Positions 1-5,011 of a stretch of DNA of 5,809 nucleotides are shown here, piece by piece. The first letter of the stretch is position 1; every line of letters begins with the position of its first letter. Position numbers and translations under genes: made by a program. Under the pieces are notes generated by a model that was given only the letters and a program-made list of their open reading frames with translations, did not search any database and was not told the origin of the DNA. The DNA is from Candidatus Wukongarchaeum yapensis (GTDB lineage Archaea > Asgardarchaeota > Wukongarchaeia > Wukongarchaeales > Wukongarchaeaceae), in NCBI GenBank assembly GCA_016840425.1, contig JAEOSI010000151.1, positions 1-5,809 of the forward strand, read 5' to 3'.

Positions 1-1
1 C

Positions 2-166
2 GCTTTAGAATTCATACTTTCAGGGGCTGAAGCGTTCCAAATTGGGTCAGCTTTGAGCATGAATAACTTCAAAATCTTTGATGAAATAATTAAAGGTTTA
101 GCAAACTATATGGAACAAATGGGGATTAAAACCATCGATGAAATAGTAGGAATAGCGCATGAATGA
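2..166 (+). CDS. pyrD: Dihydroorotate dehydrogenase catalytic subunit (family 1B), C-terminal fragment, 5'-truncated by the window edge
   Basis: Manual translation of frame +2: ALEFILSGAEAFQIGSALSMNNFKIFDEIIKGLANYMEQMGIKTIDEIVGIAHE*, TGA at 164-166. GAEAFQIGSA resembles the GA.AVQVGTA FMN-phosphate-binding motif, and the YM..MG...I.E.VG.AH tail is typical of PyrD. It overlaps the pyrK start by 8 nt (ATGAATGA). Not in the ORF track. Confidence 0.87.
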   Translation, partial: ALEFILSGAEAFQIGSALSMNNFKIFDEIIKGLANYMEQMGIKTIDEIVGIAHE

Positions 167-1016
167 AGCTAATAAAAGCGACAATATTGTCCACGCGCCT
201 AAAATGGTGAAAATTACAAAGGTCATCCAAGAAAATCCTACAGTATCTTCGATTGAGATGAAGGCTCCAAACATTGCGAGGATAGCAGAACCTGGACAGT
301 TTGTCATGGTGTGGTGTCCTGGCGTAGACGAGGCCCCAATGGGTCTTTCGATAATAGATAAAGAAAAAGGAATTATCGCCATTACTGTTGAACAAGTAGG
401 GGAAGCCACAAGGGCTGTTTGTTCAAAAAAAGCAGGAGATTTTCTTGGAATTAGAGGACCCTACGGGAAGGGTTTCGCTTTGAAAGGAAAAAAGATTGTA
501 GCAGTCGGGGGAGGTTATGGCATGGCACCTTTGCGCGCCCTCATTCAAAAGTTTTTAAAACTCAATATCTTTGACACGATAGATGTTATAATAGCTGCAA
601 AAACAAAGGAACAACTTGTTTTTTTAAAAGAGATGGAAAAGTTAGCAGAGAAAAATTCAAGAATATTTATTCAGCCTTGCACTGATGATGGAACAAGGGG
701 CATGAAAGGATTAGCACACCAAGCCCTCCTCAAAATAGTTTCTGAAAAAAAGGTGGATGAGGTCTACGCAGTCGGTCCAGAGCTTATGTTAAAAAAAGTT
801 TTTGAGATTACAGAGAAGCATGGAATAGAGCTTCAAGTTAGTCTAACACGATATGTAAAATGCGCCATAGGTTTGTGCGGTCAATGTGTTTTAGACCCTA
901 CAGGAACCATATTATGCACCGAAGGACCAGTTTTTAATTCAAACAAACTTCGAGAAATCAAGAAATGTTTTGGAAAATACACGCGGGATGCATCCGGGCA
1001 AAAGATAACTTTTTAA
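159..1016 (+). CDS. pyrK: Dihydroorotate dehydrogenase electron transfer subunit (FAD/NAD-binding, [2Fe-2S])
   Basis: 285 aa with PGQFVMVW, IRGPYGKGF, NAD-binding VGGGYGMAPL, VGPELM, and C-terminal cluster ligands CAIGLCGQC...LCTEGPVF (CX4CX2CX9C). Directly follows pyrD. Confidence 0.92.
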   Translation: MNEANKSDNIVHAPKMVKITKVIQENPTVSSIEMKAPNIARIAEPGQFVMVWCPGVDEAPMGLSIIDKEKGIIAITVEQVGEATRAVCSKKAGDFLGIRGPYGKGFALKGKKIVAVGGGYGMAPLRALIQKFLKLNIFDTIDVIIAAKTKEQLVFLKEMEKLAEKNSRIFIQPCTDDGTRGMKGLAHQALLKIVSEKKVDEVYAVGPELMLKKVFEITEKHGIELQVSLTRYVKCAIGLCGQCVLDPTGTILCTEGPVFNSNKLREIKKCFGKYTRDASGQKITF

Positions 1017-1046
1017 TAGGAATAAGAATATATCGTGAGTAAGAAG

Positions 1047-1053
1047 TGAGGTG
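1047..1053 (+). promoter_or_regulatory. Shine-Dalgarno site of rps30e
   Basis: TGAGGTG ends 7 nt before the TTG at 1061. Confidence 0.7.
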
Positions 1054-1060
1054 TTAATTT

Positions 1061-1243
1061 TTGCCAGGCAGTCACGGTAGCTTAACTAAAGCAGGAAAAG
1101 TTAGAAAACAAACACCAAAAGTCGAGTCTCGTGAAAAACATTCACCATCCCCAAGAATGAGATATCGAAAACTTCATTGGAAAAGAATCATGCTAGGACA
1201 AGCCTCAGGACAACCTGAAGCCACTTCTCGCCGCCGCAGATAA
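1061..1243 (+). CDS. rps30e: 30S ribosomal protein S30e (eS30), TTG start
   Basis: 60 aa basic protein with the S30e signature HGSLTKAGKVRKQTPKV and a strong SD upstream. Confidence 0.95.
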   Translation: MPGSHGSLTKAGKVRKQTPKVESREKHSPSPRMRYRKLHWKRIMLGQASGQPEATSRRRR

Positions 1244-1244
1244 C

Positions 1245-1279
1245 TTTTTTAAAAAACATAATTTCTAAAAACTGTTTTT
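1245..1279 (+). terminator. Putative archaeal oligo-T terminator after rps30e
   Basis: T6 at 1245-1250, one base after the stop codon, and T5 at 1275-1279. Function is inferred. Confidence 0.45.
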
Positions 1280-1331
1280 GTTCTCTTTCATAGCTTGGGT
1301 GGGGGATAAAACAAAAAAGAGAGTAAATTTA

Positions 1332-1337
1332 AGGTGA
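1332..1337 (+). promoter_or_regulatory. Shine-Dalgarno site of elp3
   Basis: AGGTGA ends 6 nt before the GTG at 1344. Confidence 0.6.
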
Positions 1338-1343
1338 GATTTT

Positions 1344-2978
1344 GTGAGCCAGGTTTTTAGAGCGGCTGATTTGGTGTACTCTAAAGCTTGTGAAGAGATA
1401 GTTTCTAAACTCTATGAAGCAGCAATAAAAGGAAAAATAAAAGGGAGGGATTACGTCGACAAAATAAAGCATGAAATATGCGCCAAATACTCCCTACCAA
1501 AATGCCCAAGCAACTCTGAACTAATAGAAAAAATATCAGACGACCTTGAGAAGTTCCCCGTCCTTATAGGCTTACTACGCAAGAGAAGAGTAAGATCCCT
1601 TTCAGGAGTAGCAGTAGTAGCCGTAATGACCAAACCCTACCCATGCCCCCACGGTAGGTGCGCCTACTGTCCTGGTGGACCCGAACAAGATGTCCCCCAA
1701 TCCTATACCGGGAGAGAGCCAGCATCCCTCCGAGGTGCACAGCACCTATATGATCCCTCGGCTCAAGTGAAGGCTCGTATAAAACAGTTGATGAGTATAG
1801 GTCATCCTACCAGCAAGATCGATCTAATCATCATGGGAGGAACTTTTCCTTCCACGCCGATAAGCTACCAAAAGTGGTTCGTTAAACGATGTATAGACGC
1901 CATGAACCAACAAGATTCAAAATCATTAATAGAGGCTCAAAAATTTAATGAAACCGCGCCATCAAGGTGTATAGGGCTCACAATAGAAACTAGGCCAGAT
2001 TATTGCAGGGAATCTCACTTAGACCTTATGTTAACGCTTGGTGCCACCAGGGTCGAAATAGGAGTGCAAACCCTTTATGACGATGTATATGAAAAGGTAG
2101 AACGAGGTCATACTGTAGAAGATGTGGTGAAAGCTTTTCAGCTGGCTAGGGATGCTGGATTAAAAATCGGGGCTCACATGATGCCCGGTCTTCCAGGGAC
2201 GGATTATCACCGGGATCTTGAAGCTTTTCACGCGCTTTTTAACGATCCAAGGTTTAAACCCGACATGCTAAAGTTATATCCATGTCTTGTTTTAGAAGGT
2301 ACCAAGCTTTATGAGCGGTGGAGGAAGGGAGAATATGTTCCTTATTCTGATGAAGAGTTAATCAAATTGATAGCAGAAATAAAAGCTATGGTTCCACCAT
2401 GGTTAAGAATCCAAAGGATTCAACGGGACATTCCAGCCTACCTTATAGAGGCAGGGCCCAAAATAGGGCATCTTAGAGATGTTGTTAAAGAGCATATGAA
2501 AAATGAAGGGTTAAAATGCGGGTGTATAAGGTGTCGTGAGGCAGGGTTGAAAGCCCATAAAGAAGGGATAATGGTAGATATTGAAAACGTTTGTTTAAAG
2601 AGACAGAGTTACGAAGCTTCGGGCGGAGAGGAAATATTTCTTTCATACGAGGATCTGAAAAACAATGTTCTCATAGGTTTTTTGAGACTAAGAATACCTT
2701 CAAAAAACGCGCACCGCCCAGAAATAGATGAAAAAACTGCAATAGTTCGAGAGTTAAGAATTTACGGACTTCAAGTACCAATAGGTGAAAAATTTGAAAA
2801 CGCTTGGCAACATAAAGGATGGGGATCAAACCTCCTCTCAACCGCAGAAAAAATAGTGAAAGAAGAATATGACATCAAAAAACTTTTAGTCACAAGCGGT
2901 ATAGGAGTTCGCCCCTACTACGAGGAGAAAGGCTACGATCTTTTAGGCCCCTACATGGCAAAAATTATAATAACATAA
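1344..2978 (+). CDS. elp3: Elongator protein 3, tRNA uridine(34) acetyltransferase (radical SAM + KAT domains)
   Basis: 544 aa. VRSLSGVAVVAVMTKP precedes the radical-SAM motif CPHGRCAYC (C101/C106/C109). Also QSYTG, MGGTF, ETRPD, KLYP, RIQRDIP, CGCIRC (C392/C394/C397), and KAT motifs VRELRIYG, QHKGWG and GIGVRPYY. Confidence 0.96.
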   Translation: MSQVFRAADLVYSKACEEIVSKLYEAAIKGKIKGRDYVDKIKHEICAKYSLPKCPSNSELIEKISDDLEKFPVLIGLLRKRRVRSLSGVAVVAVMTKPYPCPHGRCAYCPGGPEQDVPQSYTGREPASLRGAQHLYDPSAQVKARIKQLMSIGHPTSKIDLIIMGGTFPSTPISYQKWFVKRCIDAMNQQDSKSLIEAQKFNETAPSRCIGLTIETRPDYCRESHLDLMLTLGATRVEIGVQTLYDDVYEKVERGHTVEDVVKAFQLARDAGLKIGAHMMPGLPGTDYHRDLEAFHALFNDPRFKPDMLKLYPCLVLEGTKLYERWRKGEYVPYSDEELIKLIAEIKAMVPPWLRIQRIQRDIPAYLIEAGPKIGHLRDVVKEHMKNEGLKCGCIRCREAGLKAHKEGIMVDIENVCLKRQSYEASGGEEIFLSYEDLKNNVLIGFLRLRIPSKNAHRPEIDEKTAIVRELRIYGLQVPIGEKFENAWQHKGWGSNLLSTAEKIVKEEYDIKKLLVTSGIGVRPYYEEKGYDLLGPYMAKIIIT

Positions 2979-3035
2979 ATTAAACTAACAAAAATAAAAA
3001 ATCTATTTTTCTAATAATTAAAAATTAGTGAAAAT
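2979..3035. terminator. Short AT-rich gap between convergent elp3 and tRNA-Pro; probable bidirectional oligo-T terminators
   Basis: 57-nt gap with T5 at 3006-3010 on + and several A4-A5 runs that are T-tracts on -, including 3031-3034 just after the tRNA CCA end. Confidence 0.45.
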
Positions 3036-3074
3036 TGGTGGGCGAGGTGGGATTTGAACCCACGACCACCTGCT

Positions 3075-3112
3075 TACTTGACTTACTGGAAACATGTTGT
3101 TGATCGGCGGTT
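3075..3112 (-). other. Canonical tRNA intron (37/38), 38 nt
   Basis: BHB motif: exon C32-U33-U34-G35 pairs with intron CAAG. The 5' bulge is GG|A and the 3' bulge is UA|A, flanked by the anticodon stem and a 2-bp inner helix (AC/GU). Confidence 0.92.
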
Positions 3113-3116
3113 CCCA

Positions 3117-3163
3117 AGGCAGGCATCATGCCAATCTAGAGGCTGGCATAATCCCTTTCTAGA
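3117..3163 (-). repeat. Imperfect 23-nt tandem repeat inside the tRNA-Pro gene
   Basis: + strand 3118-3140 ggcaggcatcatgccaatctaga versus 3141-3163 ggctggcataatccctttctaga: 18/23 identical with no gaps, extending one more base at 3117. Confidence 0.9.
3134..3156 (-). other. Non-canonical D-loop tRNA intron (about 17/17a), 23 nt
   Basis: The D arm has 23 extra nt. Best splice motif found: central helix exon CUAG(12-15)/intron CUAG, 5' bulge AA|A, inner helix GGG/CCU, 3' bulge AU|U with only a weak U-G outer pair (relaxed motif). Removal gives D loop AGAAUGGCA with G18G19. Exact boundaries are inferred and could shift because of the repeat. Confidence 0.75.
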
Positions 3164-3208
3164 CTACTCGCCCCACATCTTGGACGGCTCTATTTTTAGC
3201 TTCAAAGA

Positions 3209-3216
3209 TTTATAAA
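3209..3216 (-). promoter_or_regulatory. Candidate TATA box for tRNA-Pro
   Basis: Palindromic TTTATAAA 36-43 nt upstream of tRNA G1, consistent with a short 5' leader. No clear BRE. Confidence 0.5.
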
Positions 3217-3448
3217 TCAAGCGGTTTTAGTTCTTTGAATGCTTTCATTATGTTTGTTTATAATGTTATGATTATATTATTTTTCTTAAAATGTTTATAT
3301 GTTCTTTTTATTTTTGGTGTTGTTTTTTGAGATGTTGGAGATTCCGTGTTTTAAAATATCGTTCACGTAAAGTCTCACAGAACTCTAAAGAGAACAAGAA
3401 GACAGTTAAAGAAAGAAACTGATTCAAAATATTCCTATTCAGGCTTGA

Positions 3449-3463
3449 GAAAAGCTTTATTAA
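3449..3463 (+). promoter_or_regulatory. Candidate BRE-TATA promoter, possibly for hmgA
   Basis: GAAAAGC-TTTATTAA resembles an archaeal BRE+TATA. It would imply a 5' UTR of about 120 nt, so the assignment is uncertain. Confidence 0.3.
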
Positions 3464-3595
3464 CTATCTTTTTAAATTAGCAACATAATTAAGTCAAACT
3501 TCTTGATAACCTTCTCATTTTGAATCAATGTCCCCAGCTATTTCTTCAATCTATCCGCTCTAAAACAAAGAAAATGCTTTATCCTCAATTTTCTT

Positions 3596-3602
3596 GGAGG
3601 TG
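3596..3602 (+). promoter_or_regulatory. Shine-Dalgarno site of hmgA
   Basis: GGAGGTG ends 6 nt before the ATG at 3609, which argues for 3609 rather than the TTG at 3594 as the start. Confidence 0.75.
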
Positions 3603-3608
3603 TTTTTT

Positions 3609-4865
3609 ATGGTTATCTCTTTAGTCGAAGTTGAAGATGTTGTAGATCGGCTTGTTAGAGGAGATTTAAAGTTCCATGAGATCGAAGAATTAGTGGGGGG
3701 CGATGCTAATGTCGCGACGAAAATTAGGCGACTTGCTTTAGAAAAAATCACGAATAAAGACCTCTCTTCTCTCGTATCAACGTTAGACTTTAACGAGTTG
3801 TGCGGTAGAAACATAGAATGTCCTGTCGGTAGCGTAGAAATCCCCATAGGAATTGTTAAAATCAAAGTAAAAGGTGATTACGCTGACGATTTGTATTATT
3901 TCGCGCTTGCCACTACAGAAGGTGCCCTTGTAGCTAGCGTAAACAGAGGTTGTTCTGCGATAAATGTGGGAGGAGGAGCAAGGGCAAAAGTTTACAGAGA
4001 CCAAATGACCCGCGCTCCAGTTTTTGCCTGTGGAAATGTAGAAAACGCTTTCAAGTTAAAAACATGGGTCGAAGAACACTTCGATGAAATAAAAAAGGTT
4101 TGTGAATCAACTACAAGACACGGAAAACTGGTAAAAATTTCCCCTTACTTAGTGGGGGACACGGTATTTTTAAGGTTCATTTTTACAACAGGCGACGCTC
4201 TTGGAATGAACTTGGTTACCATCGCCACGGAAGCAGCTGTAAACTTTATCGTGGAAAACCTGCCTTTTCCAAGGTGTGTATCTCTTTCAGGGAATCTTTG
4301 CGCTGACAAAAAACCTGCAGCAATAAACTTCATCGAGGGAAGGGGTAAAAGCGTCATAGCTGAAGCAGCAATACCGCGAGAAATCGTTGAAAAAAAGCTT
4401 AAAACTACGCCAGAAGCAATATGCGAAGTAAACCTGAAGAAAAACTTCATAGGCTCAGCGTTAGGCTACTCCCCCGGCATTAATGCTCATTTCGCCAACA
4501 TGGTTGCTGCAGCTTTCATAGCCTACGGCCAAGACGTGGCTCAAACCGTGGAAAGTTCCCTCGGAATAACCACAACTTCCACCACTCCTGAAGGCGATCT
4601 TTACGGTTCTGTCACCCTCCCCTGCCTAGAAGTAGGGACAATAGGGGGCGGCACACGCCTACCAAGACAGAAAAATCTCCTTGAACTATTATCCTGTGAA
4701 GGAGGCGGGGATCCTCCCGGAACTAATGCTTTAAAGTTCGCAGAAATTTTAAGCGCGGTAGTGCTTGGCGGAGAACTATCCCTCCTCGCTGCCCTCGCCG
4801 CGGGTCACCTTGCAAAAGCTCACATAAAATTAGGAAGAAGCAACAATCAACAACTTTTGAAATAA
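3609..4865 (+). CDS. hmgA: Hydroxymethylglutaryl-CoA reductase, class I (NADPH-type), soluble archaeal form
   Basis: Motifs LATTEGALVASVNRG, TGDALGMN, SGNLCADKKPAAINFIEGRGKSV, GQDVAQ, GTIGGGT and GELSLLAALAAGHLAKAH (catalytic His). No membrane domain. The ORF track starts 5 codons earlier, at 3594. Confidence 0.96.
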   Translation: MVISLVEVEDVVDRLVRGDLKFHEIEELVGGDANVATKIRRLALEKITNKDLSSLVSTLDFNELCGRNIECPVGSVEIPIGIVKIKVKGDYADDLYYFALATTEGALVASVNRGCSAINVGGGARAKVYRDQMTRAPVFACGNVENAFKLKTWVEEHFDEIKKVCESTTRHGKLVKISPYLVGDTVFLRFIFTTGDALGMNLVTIATEAAVNFIVENLPFPRCVSLSGNLCADKKPAAINFIEGRGKSVIAEAAIPREIVEKKLKTTPEAICEVNLKKNFIGSALGYSPGINAHFANMVAAAFIAYGQDVAQTVESSLGITTTSTTPEGDLYGSVTLPCLEVGTIGGGTRLPRQKNLLELLSCEGGGDPPGTNALKFAEILSAVVLGGELSLLAALAAGHLAKAHIKLGRSNNQQLLK

Positions 4866-4922
4866 CAACAAAGCCTTTTTAAGCGTTATAAACTCTCCCA
4901 TCCCAAGCCTTATCACCTTCTC

Positions 4923-4956
4923 TTTTTTTATGTTGTTTTTCAGTAAAAGTTTTTTT
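4923..4956 (+). terminator. Oligo-T tracts downstream of hmgA (probable terminator; see finding on pyrB leader)
   Basis: T7 (4923-4929), T5 (4936-4940) and T7 (4950-4956). Confidence 0.5.
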
Positions 4957-5011
4957 AGGTTGGTAAATCTATTTATAGGAGGGAAAAGTGTGTGCGTGGA
5001 GGAATATTTGG

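Larger units (their letters stand above)
3036..3173 (-). tRNA. tRNA-Pro(UGG) with two introns and genome-encoded CCA
   Basis: On the reverse complement: acceptor stem GGGCGAG/CTCGCCC + A73 + CCA; D stem GTCT/TGAT; anticodon stem CCTGC/GCAGG with loop CT-TGG-G|A (anticodon at 3116..3114); variable loop TGGTC; T arm GTGGG-TTCAAAT-CCCAC. The 138-nt precursor minus 23 and 38 nt gives a normal 77-nt tRNA. Confidence 0.95.

Noticed and set aside
98-409. Minus-strand ORFs 98..409 (103 aa) and 126..395 (89 aa)
   Set aside because: Antisense shadows of pyrD/pyrK with no recognisable motifs.
1451-1633. Minus-strand 60-aa ORF
   Set aside because: Lies entirely antisense within elp3.
3036-3073. Integrated element at the tRNA 3' end (att duplication)
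   Set aside because: No second copy of the tRNA 3' end and no integrase in the window; elp3 abuts the tRNA.
3075-3112. Intron-encoded box C/D guide RNA, as in some archaeal tRNA-Trp introns
   Set aside because: The 38-nt intron has no RUGAUGA or CUGA boxes and is too short.
3125-3152. Alternative intron boundaries built on the AUUAUGCCA/UGGCAUGAU helix
   Set aside because: The registers tried gave no valid bulge and inner-helix geometry, or produced a broken D or anticodon stem.
3083-3330. Replication origin: ORB-like TTACTGGAAAC in the intron plus the AT-rich tract at 3241-3330
   Set aside because: Only a partial single match, lying inside a tRNA intron, with no G-string, no repeated ORBs and no cdc6/orc1 in the window.
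3464-3550. UGA recoding (Trp or Sec) to rescue the interrupted minus-strand frame
   Set aside because: pyrD ends in TGA, so TGA acts as a stop here. The frame also has no start codon and is bounded by TAG stops.
3594-3608. TTG start at 3594 for hmgA given by the ORF track
   Set aside because: The stretch contains the GGAGGTG SD, which is correctly spaced for the ATG at 3609.
3560-4450. Minus-strand ORFs 3560..3865, 3783..4004 and 4145..4450
   Set aside because: Antisense shadows of hmgA with Ser/Thr/Phe-rich composition and no motifs.
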